Shown: one piece after another, positions 7,349 through 14,610 of the stretch
Layout: every line of letters begins with the position of its first letter
Numbering within the stretch: the first letter of the stretch is position 1
Source of the DNA: Acidobacteriota bacterium
GTDB lineage: Bacteria; Acidobacteriota; UBA890
DNA length: 46,869 nucleotides
Assembly (NCBI GenBank): GCA_046757445.1
Contig: JBHHYG010000001.1
Span: forward strand, 1 to 46,869
Direction of reading: 5' to 3'
Translations under genes and position numbers: made by a program
The notes under the pieces: generated by a model
Databases searched by the model: none
Told to the model about the DNA's origin: nothing
What the model saw: the letters and a program-made list of their open reading frames with translations, nothing else

Positions 7349-7369
7349 TCTATACCAGCTGGTTGACCG
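7349..7369 (-). promoter_or_regulatory. Promoter-like repeat element A (GGTCAACCagctggTATAGA on the minus strand)
   Basis: Shares GTCAACC-N6-TATAG with elements at 7504..7523, 17213..17231 and 38776..38806. The -35 position (GCAACA) is weak. Confidence 0.3.
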
Positions 7370-7503
7370 TATGTTGCCTGTTGTTTTTGCACGCGATCGC
7401 GCCGGGGCGGTCGGGGTGCGGGGTGGAGAAGCTCGCGCGCGTGGACCCCGTGAAATCGCCGGGGCGGGCGTATGGGTGTTGGGAGGGGGATCCGGGGTGT
7501 GCG

Positions 7504-7523
7504 CTATACCCGCTGGTTGACCG
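7504..7523 (-). promoter_or_regulatory. Promoter-like repeat element B (GGTCAACCagcgggTATAG on the minus strand)
   Basis: ctatacccgctggttgaccg compared with ctataccagctggttgaccg at 7350 shows 19 of 20 identity. The flanks (tatg..gcctg..ttg) are also related. Confidence 0.3.
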
Positions 7524-7613
7524 GGAGTATGCCTGAAGCTCATCTGATTTTGCCTGGTTGCGCTGTTTGTACGGGGGGTGGCCCGCCAAATGCCCTATTC
7601 CAGGGGGTATGGT

Positions 7614-7663
7614 CTTTTAAGTATAAAATATATGATGATATATTAACTGAAGATAAAAATGTC
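7614..7663. other. AT-rich island (about 50 bp, roughly 80% A+T) in a GC-rich genome; candidate DNA unwinding element or UP-like element
   Basis: cttttaagtataaaatatatgatgatatattaactgaagataaaaatgtca. It is flanked by G-runs and repeats, and no ORF covers it. Confidence 0.3.
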
Positions 7664-7837
7664 ACACTTCCGCCGGGGACGGGCCGGGGGACGTACAACC
7701 AGGGCTACCAGGCAATATCAGGTGAGTATCAGGGGGTCCGGCGGTCAACCACGGGGTTGACAAATCATCAACCAAGGGGAATTGTCGCGAGGGTGCACCT
7801 TCGGCCGCGTCTGAGGTTAGGTTTGCGCCGCGAGCAC

Positions 7838-7863
7838 AAAAAAAAAAGCCCCCTTGCGGGGGC
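7838..7863 (-). terminator. Rho-independent terminator of the 8737..7871 two-gene operon
   Basis: The minus strand reads GCCCCC-gcaa-GGGGGC followed by T10 (plus strand: a10-gcccccttgcgggggc). It lies 8 nt after the stop of 7871..8044. Confidence 0.85.
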
Positions 7864-7870
7864 TGAGGTC

Positions 7871-8044
7871 TCAGTAGTCGTTTTTCGCCATGAAGTCGAT
7901 CCATTTGAACTGGACGAACTCCTCGTTAGGCTGATGTGTTGCTCCCTCGGGACGGGACTTGGCCTTTTTCCATTCTTCACGGTCTGGGAAAACGGCCATC
8001 GCTCGCCCGCCGTCTTTGGTATCGTGGATAACAGCGTAATACAT
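7871..8044 (-). CDS. Small ORF, 57 aa (not in the ORF track), hypothetical
   Basis: My translation: MYYAVIHDTKDGGRAMAVFPDREEWKKAKSRPEGATHQPNEEFVQFKWIDFMAKNDY. GAGGTGG SD upstream, and the terminator follows immediately. Confidence 0.55.
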   Translation of the reverse strand: MYYAVIHDTKDGGRAMAVFPDREEWKKAKSRPEGATHQPNEEFVQFKWIDFMAKNDY

Positions 8045-8107
8045 GATCCACCTCGCTAGGTGAAGGGATGGAGGGGGGCAATCGTGCCCCCTCCAAGTTT
8101 CGTCGGA

Positions 8108-8737
8108 TTAGAAGCCTGTGAGGGCCGCGCCTTCACCTTCGGCCTTTTCCGCCGCCGCGTCGGCACGCTCCTGCGCCTTTTCGGCTTTGATGGCTTCGTA
8201 CTCGGCGTTGACCGCCGGATTGGCAAGCGCGTTCGCGCGGAGCTTTTTCTGCTCCTCCTTATCGTCGGATGTGATCTTGGCCTTGATCGCCGCCCGGCGC
8301 TCGTCGTCCACGGCCTCGCCCGCGCGTTCGAGCGCCCGCGCGATAGCCTCGACAACCATTGTCGGGGTCGGACCGACGCCTTCCTTGCGCTCGGACCACT
8401 CGCCCGCCGCGAGCAATTCCGCGCCATTGTCATACATCTCGACTGCAAGCGCGGCGTTGCCTTTGGATCCCGCGTACCAGTTTCCGCGCTTCTCGGAGCG
8501 CCCAAACCAGTCTTGGCAAAGCTCCATATCCTTCGGATCCGAGCCAAGAGTGTATCTGCGAACGGTCTTGATCGCCCCGTCAGGCCCGTCGTGGAAACGA
8601 AACTCTAACGCGATCGCGTCAGGCCTCGCGGTCCGAGACTCGCCATCGGGCGTAATATAGACCTTCGTGCAGACAGTACTTCGCTTTTTGGTCTCGGTTT
8701 CGGGCGTTGCGCCCGTAGGCTCTGTGGCTTTCGCCAT
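8108..8737 (-). CDS. Hypothetical early protein, 209 aa, with a highly charged helical C-terminal third
   Basis: GGAG SD upstream. It has its own promoter and a long structured leader. The C-terminal segment DDERRAAIKAKITSDDKEEQKKLRANAL...AEKAQERADAAAEKAE is charged. Confidence 0.75.
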   Translation of the reverse strand: MAKATEPTGATPETETKKRSTVCTKVYITPDGESRTARPDAIALEFRFHDGPDGAIKTVRRYTLGSDPKDMELCQDWFGRSEKRGNWYAGSKGNAALAVEMYDNGAELLAAGEWSERKEGVGPTPTMVVEAIARALERAGEAVDDERRAAIKAKITSDDKEEQKKLRANALANPAVNAEYEAIKAEKAQERADAAAEKAEGEGAALTGF

Positions 8738-8889
8738 GATAGATCTCCATGATCTAGGGTTGATAGGATTGCACGAGTACTACCTCGTGCCGCCGGAAAC
8801 CAGCCTCGGACGCGCCGGACGAATACGACCCTCTGGCGCGCGCCCGCGATCTACCGGACGAGTCCCGCATATGACGCGGGACCATCATC

Positions 8890-8917
8890 ACCATACCACG
8901 GGGGTTGGGCGTGTCAA
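8890..8917 (-). promoter_or_regulatory. Sigma70-like promoter: TTGACA-16-TGgTATGGT
   Basis: The reverse complement reads TTGACAcgcccaacccccgtggTATGGT. It is the divergent partner of the plus-strand promoter at 9144. Confidence 0.5.
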
Positions 8918-9143
8918 CACAATTCGACCGGCCTGATCGAGAACGCAACAATGTTGCTCGCGTGGGCGCGGCGGCGGTCGGGGCGCGTGTGTGAGCGCTC
9001 GTTCATGTAAGCGGAGCCGTCCACCCCGGCGGCCCCCCCGTTCCATCGCGGGGCGCTCCCCCTTCTAGCACCCCTCGCGAAGTTTCGCTGCAGGAGGTAC
9101 CCCGGGGTTCCCCGCCATAGTCGCTGGTCCCCCCATTAGTTCC

Positions 9144-9173
9144 TTGACATCCACGCCCCGACCGGCGCACAAT
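9144..9173 (+). promoter_or_regulatory. Candidate promoter for the plus-strand (late/structural) arm: TTGACA-18-CACAAT
   Basis: TTGACAtccacgccccgaccggcgCACAAT is the only good -35 I found in the 8738..9405 gap on the plus strand. Confidence 0.35.
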
Positions 9174-9220
9174 CCCCGCCAACGGCGAGAGAGCCTATAC
9201 CACACTGCGAGGCGCACAAG

Positions 9221-9406
9221 TTGGCAGAAGAAGCAAAGCTAGGCACCCGCACCCTGCAGGACGTTCAGTTCGATAGAGCTTCGCGCTGGCTCCGCAACCA
9301 CACGCGCCGACACCTCCCGCCGCCTCGCCACATTAACGAGAAAATCAACGCCCAACGCACTTTCCTCGCCGCCGAAATCCGCAACTTCAACGCGAGGCCG
9401 ATCTGA
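9221..9406 (+). CDS. Possible small ORF, 61 aa, TTG start
   Basis: Its stop overlaps the ATG of 9406 (TGATG). Non-ATG start and no recognisable motif. Confidence 0.2.
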   Translation: MAEEAKLGTRTLQDVQFDRASRWLRNHTRRHLPPPRHINEKINAQRTFLAAEIRNFNARPI

Positions 9407-9915
9407 TGGCCGAGCACCAGATCACGGAGAAGGGATTGAGCTACCGCCACGAGTACATCGTCGACTGGTGCCTCAAACACCCCGAGGGCCTGATGAAGGA
9501 CCTGGCTGCGGAGTTGGGGGTGAGTGAGCAGCATCTGTCCCTGGTGCGGAACTCTGATGCCTTCAAGGACTACGAAGCGCGGCGCCGCGCCGAGCACAAC
9601 GAGACCCTCTCCAAGTCGATTGTCGAAGAAGTCGAGGATCTCGCCCATCTCTCCGTCGAGGTTCTCAACGAGCGCATCGAGTCCGAGCGGCAGACCCTGG
9701 GACTGACGCTTGTCCGCGAGACCGCCGATATGGCTCTCAAGGCCCTCGGCTTCGGAAGTCGGCGCGGCGACGACAATCGTTCCATCAACACTCTCGTCAT
9801 TAATGGCGCAGATCCCGCGCTCCTTGAGCGCGCCCGCGCAAGGATGCGTGCCGCCAACTCGGTCCCGGAGGAACCCGAGGATGTTGAGGCCCCGACCGTG
9901 CCCACCCCCGGCTAG
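9406..9915 (+). CDS. terS: Putative terminase small subunit (HTH-containing), 169 aa
   Basis: First gene of the late arm, upstream of terL. N-terminal HTH-like segment LMKDLAAELGVSEQHLSLVRN. The call rests on position and size only. Confidence 0.4.
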   Translation: MAEHQITEKGLSYRHEYIVDWCLKHPEGLMKDLAAELGVSEQHLSLVRNSDAFKDYEARRRAEHNETLSKSIVEEVEDLAHLSVEVLNERIESERQTLGLTLVRETADMALKALGFGSRRGDDNRSINTLVINGADPALLERARARMRAANSVPEEPEDVEAPTVPTPG

Positions 9916-10399
9916 TTTCCGGCCCGCAGGCACCGTCTCCCGGGCGGAGTACTCAAAGCTACCGCCCTCATTCGCAAAGAACACCTGGAGAAAAGGGGCG
10001 AGAGGTCGTGGTCTGGCATACGAGAAGAAGTGCCAAAAGCGCCTCCTGGCGCACTATCCCGACCAGTATATTCCTGCGCCGTGGTTCCGTTTCTGGACGG
10101 CGCACGACGGTCCTCTTTGGTGTCAGCCCGATGGGCTCATTCTCGATATCCGCGGCGGGAGGGTCACTATTGTCGAGATCAAGTTGCGGCACACGAGCGA
10201 CGCCTGGTGGCAGATTCGCAAGCTCTACGAGCCCGTTCTTCGCAGCGTCTTTGGGCCGGATTGGGATTATCCCGTTCTTGAAGTCGTCATGTGGTTCGAT
10301 CCTGACACGCCTTTCCCAGAGATCCTCTGCTTTGCGCGCCATCCGCACGAAGTACCGGCCCAAGCCTTCGGCGTTCATATCTGGAACGGGAGGCAGTAG
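9881..10399 (+). CDS. PD-(D/E)xK-family nuclease-like protein
   Basis: WCQPDGLILDIRGGRVTIVEIKLRH fits D...E-x-K. Start is uncertain: ATG 9881 has a GGAGG upstream, while the track ORF opens at 9710. Confidence 0.5.
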   Translation: MLRPRPCPPPASFRPAGTVSRAEYSKLPPSFAKNTWRKGARGRGLAYEKKCQKRLLAHYPDQYIPAPWFRFWTAHDGPLWCQPDGLILDIRGGRVTIVEIKLRHTSDAWWQIRKLYEPVLRSVFGPDWDYPVLEVVMWFDPDTPFPEILCFARHPHEVPAQAFGVHIWNGRQ

Positions 10400-10626
10400 T
10401 GCCTAAGAAGAAGAGTATCATCGGAGCTATCGTGGGAGCGAGATCCCCCGAGCACCGTCAACTCCTATCCCCCCAACGTCGGTTCGAGCGCGGACTCATT
10501 AGCGCAGAGACGCGTGACCGTCTCATAAGGGAGCGCAAGGAGAAAACTCGTCGCATAAATGAGCGGAATGCGATCAGGCGGGAGAACGAGCGCGTCCTCC
10601 GCACAGGCATGGCTCGGGAAGAGTAG
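10399..10626 (+). CDS. Small basic protein, 75 aa, GTG start
   Basis: The GTG overlaps the upstream TAG. Arg/Lys-rich helical sequence. Confidence 0.4.
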   Translation: MPKKKSIIGAIVGARSPEHRQLLSPQRRFERGLISAETRDRLIRERKEKTRRINERNAIRRENERVLRTGMAREE

Positions 10627-12132
10627 ATGGCTGAACCCTCAATCGCGCAGCCTACCCTAGAGGAGCTTGTCGAGCTTTGCGCCGTCGATAGCGAACTCTT
10701 CTGCCGCACTTACTTCCCCCGTACCGTGCGCCAGCCGAGCCCGGCGTTCCACGATAGGGTCTGGGCGCTCTTGGAGTCCGAGGATCGGCTCATCAATATC
10801 AGGGTCTTCCGTGGCGGGGCGAAGACCTCGATCCTCCGCATGTACACCGCCAAGCGCATCGCCTACGGTCTCGCGCACACGATCCTCTATGTTGGCAAGA
10901 GTGAAGGCCACGCTATCCGCAGCGTAAAGTGGATCCGTCGCCAGGTGCAATATAATCGCGCCTTCGCACAGACGTTCAGCCTCCGGCCTGGGAAGAAGTG
11001 GCAGGACGTTGAGGCCGAAATCTGGCACGGCGCAGATGAATATCCGGTCTGGATAATGGGAACGGGGATTACTGGATCTGTGCGTGGGATCAATCAGGAC
11101 GACTTCCGGCCTGATCTCATCGTCGTTGACGATGTTATCGACGAGGAGAACTCTGCTACCGCCGAGCAGCGGGAGAAAATCGCCAACCTCCTCTACGGTG
11201 CGCTCAAAGAGTCCCTCTCTCCGGCGACGGAAACCCCCGATGCGAAGATGGTCCTCCTTCAAACCCCGCTCAATAAGGAAGACGCGTCCACCTTGGCTGT
11301 GAACGATCCCGAGTGGAAGTCCGCGACCTTCGGCTGTTGGACGCCAGCATCCGCGGACTTGCCAATCTCGCAACAGGAGAGCACCTGGCCCGAGCGGTGG
11401 CCCAGCAAGGTGCTCCGTGCGGAGAAGGACGCGGCGATCCAGCGCAATCGACTATCGCTTTGGCTCCGAGAGAAGGAGTGCAAGCTGGTCTCTCCGGAGA
11501 CTTCTGCCTTCCGCGAGGATTGGCTGCAATACTACGACCTCGAACCGGAGAATATGGTAGTCCACATGGCTGTCGATCCCGTGCCGCCGCCGAGCGACAT
11601 ACAAGTCGCTAAGGGCCTTCGCGGTAAGGACTTCGAGGCCTTCGCCATCGTCGGCTCACACGCGGGTGAGTATTATCTGCTCGACTACACGCTCCATCGT
11701 GGGCACGAGCCGAATTGGACCGTGATGGAATTTTTCCGCCTCGCGGCGAAGTGGAAGCCGAGGAGGATTCTTGTGGAATCTACCGCCTACCAGCGCACAC
11801 TCTCGTGGCTGCTGAAGCAGGCGATGGACCACCAGCGGCGCTACTATGTGATCGAGGAGTTTGATGATAGGCGCAAGAAATTTGACCGGATTGTTGACGG
11901 ACTGTCCGGGATTGCTTCCAACAGTAAGCTTTTCGTGCGGCGCGGCCAGACGGAGTTCGTCTCCCAGTTCCGCGCGTATCCTGATGTCGCTCACGATGAT
12001 CTCATCGAAGCGGTCGCCGTCGCTGCGGCGTCGCTCGCGGGCTCCGGCTACGACGACGAGGACGGTTACGCGGAGATCTTAGCCGCCGAGGAGAACATTC
12101 CTTCGCTCCAATACTTGCGGGGGTCGCCATGA
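10627..12132 (+). CDS. terL: Terminase large subunit
   Basis: 501 aa. Motifs: RGGAKTS (Walker A-like), DLIVVDDVIDEE (Walker B), and C-terminal nuclease acidic residues (MAVDP..., HDDLIEA). Lies immediately upstream of the portal gene. Confidence 0.9.
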   Translation: MAEPSIAQPTLEELVELCAVDSELFCRTYFPRTVRQPSPAFHDRVWALLESEDRLINIRVFRGGAKTSILRMYTAKRIAYGLAHTILYVGKSEGHAIRSVKWIRRQVQYNRAFAQTFSLRPGKKWQDVEAEIWHGADEYPVWIMGTGITGSVRGINQDDFRPDLIVVDDVIDEENSATAEQREKIANLLYGALKESLSPATETPDAKMVLLQTPLNKEDASTLAVNDPEWKSATFGCWTPASADLPISQQESTWPERWPSKVLRAEKDAAIQRNRLSLWLREKECKLVSPETSAFREDWLQYYDLEPENMVVHMAVDPVPPPSDIQVAKGLRGKDFEAFAIVGSHAGEYYLLDYTLHRGHEPNWTVMEFFRLAAKWKPRRILVESTAYQRTLSWLLKQAMDHQRRYYVIEEFDDRRKKFDRIVDGLSGIASNSKLFVRRGQTEFVSQFRAYPDVAHDDLIEAVAVAAASLAGSGYDDEDGYAEILAAEENIPSLQYLRGSP

Positions 12133-12371
12133 CTAGGATCGCGCGTCTTCCGGGCGTCAGGCTTTCTCCCAAAGTCCTCCTTGCTCGAGTGCTGGAGAAC
12201 GCGGACGATCTCGAGTCGGTTGTGATTATAGAGACCCCCAAGAAGGGCGTCGTGGCAGCCTGCTGGTCCGCGCAGGAACTGCGGGATACAGCCTACGCGA
12301 TCCAGGTGCTCCGGCGCCAGTTCGATCGGGCGCTCGGAGATGAGGATTCCACTGTGGAGTCTGTTGGTTGA
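12129..12371 (+). CDS. Hypothetical protein, 80 aa
   Basis: ATGA and TGATG coupling between terL and the portal gene. Confidence 0.55.
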   Translation: MTRIARLPGVRLSPKVLLARVLENADDLESVVIIETPKKGVVAACWSAQELRDTAYAIQVLRRQFDRALGDEDSTVESVG

Positions 12372-14305
12372 TGCCCGGTCTGACCCTCGACATCAAGTTC
12401 AAGTCGCAGCTGCACCAGCTGATTATTGATGCTGTGCGCGACCGTGTACAGTTCTCGAAGCGAAAGAACGAGTCCCGCCGCAACAAGTGGATCAAGAGTG
12501 AAGAGGCAGCTCTCGCTTTCTTGCCCGAAACCGCAGTCGATGCGAAACGTAGGGGCCTCCGCGACACGGGCAAGCCCCAATACACCACCATCCAAATCCC
12601 GTACAGCTACGCCGTTCTCATGGCTTCGCACACTTACTGGACGACCGTCTTTATGTCCCGGACGCCGGTGCTTCAATTTGCAGGCCGTCATGGAGAGTCC
12701 GAGCAGCAAGTCCAGGCGATGGAGGCTCTTATCGACTACCAGGTGCAGGTGGGACGGATGCTTGTGCCGTTCTACATTTGGCTGCTCGACGGAGGGAAGT
12801 ATGGCGTCGGCGTCGTCGGCACCTACTGGGAGAAGCGCGAGTCTACAATCGCGGAGATCGTAGAGGAGGAGGAGCTTCTTCTCGGTGCGATCCCCACCGG
12901 GAGGATGAAGAAGCGCAAGGTGACTAACAGAGTCCCTGGCTATGTGGGCAACCGGCTCTACAATGTTCGCCCCTTCGACTTCCACCCCGACCCGAGAGTG
13001 CCTCTCTGGCGCTTCCAGGACGGCGAGTTCTGCGCCGTTTACAACGAACTCGGTTGGAACGAGATGCTCCGCCGACGCGACCAGGGGATGTATATTGCGG
13101 ATACCCTCAAACTTCTCAAGCCGGGCCAGCGGGGCACGGTCGGGGAGCGCGAGGCGGGCAGTGCACAACTGGAGCTTCCCGACACGGATGAGTTCTTCAC
13201 CTCTAATACGAGGGACAAGAAAGCCTCCGATATTGTCAAGATTTATGAGTGCTACATCGAACTCATCCCGAAGAATTGGAACTTGGGCCGCGGTAGTTCC
13301 CCCGAGAAGTGGGTGTTCACGGTTACTTCAGACTTCACCTTTGTTCTTGGTGCGCAGCCCCTTGGTGCCTGGCACGACTCCTTCCCATTTCACGTTATTG
13401 AGTTTGAGCCCGAAGGCTACTCGATCGTCAATCGGGGAATACCCGAAGTCCTTGATCCGATCCAGAGGACGCTGGACTGGCTGATCAACAGTCACCTGTA
13501 TAATGTGCGGAAGGCTGTGAATGATCAGTTTGTCGTCGATCCCTCGAAGATCGTGATGAAGGACTTCCAGGACCCCCTTCCCGGCGGCGCGATCCGGCTG
13601 AAGCCGAGTGCTTATGGCACCGACGTTCGGACCGTGCTGACACAGCTGAATGTGGTGGACATTACGCAGAACCACATGCGCGACCTTCAGGCCATCCTCG
13701 AGCTCGGTCAGCGCACATTGGGGGTGAGCGACCAGATCCTGGGACTTCTAGGCGCTAAGGGTGGGCGCAAGACTGCCACTGAGGTCCGCAGCTCCACCGC
13801 CTTCGGTATCAACCGTCTCAAGACCGTGGCGGAATACTTCAGTGCGATGGGTTGGACGCCAATGTCCACGATGCTGGTACAGAACTCGCAGCAGTACTTC
13901 GACACCGATCGGAAGTTCAGAGTCGTCGGCGACCTCGCCCTGGAGGCGGGGCAATCCTTCGTCAACGTCACGCCGGGCGATATTCAGGGCTTCTTCGACT
14001 TTGTGCCTGTGGATGGTACGCTGCCCATTGACCGTTTCGCACAAGCGAACTTGTGGCGTGAGCTGCTCGCCCAGATGGCGAAAACTCCCGAAGTCCTCGC
14101 GCAGTATGATCTTGGCCGTATTTTTGCCTGGGTGGCGCAGATCGCGGGGTTGAAGAACATTAATCAATTCAAGATCCAAGTACAACCCGATGCTCTACTC
14201 GCCCAACAGGCGCAGCGGGGGAATGTGGTGCCTGGGCCGGGCGCGCAGCGCGATCTGACTCGTGTGCCGGAGCCGGGCCAAATTAGCGGACTGGGGACGA
14301 CATAA
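12371..14305 (+). CDS. Portal protein
   Basis: 644 aa. Lies directly after terL and before the scaffold and capsid genes. ATG at 12371; the track start at 12368 is TTG. Confidence 0.8.
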   Translation: MPGLTLDIKFKSQLHQLIIDAVRDRVQFSKRKNESRRNKWIKSEEAALAFLPETAVDAKRRGLRDTGKPQYTTIQIPYSYAVLMASHTYWTTVFMSRTPVLQFAGRHGESEQQVQAMEALIDYQVQVGRMLVPFYIWLLDGGKYGVGVVGTYWEKRESTIAEIVEEEELLLGAIPTGRMKKRKVTNRVPGYVGNRLYNVRPFDFHPDPRVPLWRFQDGEFCAVYNELGWNEMLRRRDQGMYIADTLKLLKPGQRGTVGEREAGSAQLELPDTDEFFTSNTRDKKASDIVKIYECYIELIPKNWNLGRGSSPEKWVFTVTSDFTFVLGAQPLGAWHDSFPFHVIEFEPEGYSIVNRGIPEVLDPIQRTLDWLINSHLYNVRKAVNDQFVVDPSKIVMKDFQDPLPGGAIRLKPSAYGTDVRTVLTQLNVVDITQNHMRDLQAILELGQRTLGVSDQILGLLGAKGGRKTATEVRSSTAFGINRLKTVAEYFSAMGWTPMSTMLVQNSQQYFDTDRKFRVVGDLALEAGQSFVNVTPGDIQGFFDFVPVDGTLPIDRFAQANLWRELLAQMAKTPEVLAQYDLGRIFAWVAQIAGLKNINQFKIQVQPDALLAQQAQRGNVVPGPGAQRDLTRVPEPGQISGLGTT

Positions 14306-14610
14306 TGGATGAGCGCCTTTCTCTTGCGATCCGCACCAAGAACATCCTCTCCGCCTTCGAGCGCACGGAGGCTTGGGAGTTCCTCAAGGCGACTATTGAG
14401 GCGAACATCCAAAATAAGATCAACGCGGTCGTAGATACTCCCTTGGCGAATATGTCCGAAGCCGGAGCCCAGGAGTATGTAAAGGGCGAGATTTCTGCCT
14501 TCAAGTGGTTGCTCAATCTTCCTGCATCTCAACTAGAAGATGCTCAGAGTGTAATCGACGCTTGCAAGGAGCAGGAAGATGGCACGAAAGCCGAAAGCGC
14601 CGCCGACTGA
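14305..14610 (+). CDS. Hypothetical head-module protein, 101 aa
   Basis: TAATG coupling to the portal gene. Confidence 0.55.
   Translation: MDERLSLAIRTKNILSAFERTEAWEFLKATIEANIQNKINAVVDTPLANMSEAGAQEYVKGEISAFKWLLNLPASQLEDAQSVIDACKEQEDGTKAESAAD

Noticed and set aside
7335-7362. tRNA-like T-loop string (ggggGTTCAGTTCtatacca)
   Set aside because: The five bases after the loop cannot pair with the GGGGG stem, and no acceptor or anticodon arms can be drawn. I found no tRNA anywhere in the window.
7757-7785. Plus-strand promoter-like TTGACA-17-AATTGT that would make an antisense RNA to the 7871..8044 gene end
   Set aside because: The -10 is poor and there is no downstream plus-strand gene or terminator. 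It is more likely part of the inverted repeat or a degenerate copy of the early promoter motif.
7472-8059. 195-aa plus-strand ORF spanning the control region and terminator
   Set aside because: It crosses the AT-rich island, the intrinsic terminator and the antisense of a well-supported small gene. It has no SD.
8940-9140. GC-rich, C-run-rich segment of the divergent intergenic region considered as an ncRNA or pac/cos site
   Set aside because: I could find only short, weak hairpins and no promoter-terminator pair, so there is nothing to support a specific call without terminus mapping or covariance searches.
9265-9984. 239-aa minus-strand ORF opposite the terS candidate; similar antisense frames at 10657..11373, 12293..13168, 14735..15709 and 16062..16844
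   Set aside because: All lie opposite genes with clear motifs or context (terL, portal, scaffold, MCP). I treat them as GC-bias artefacts.
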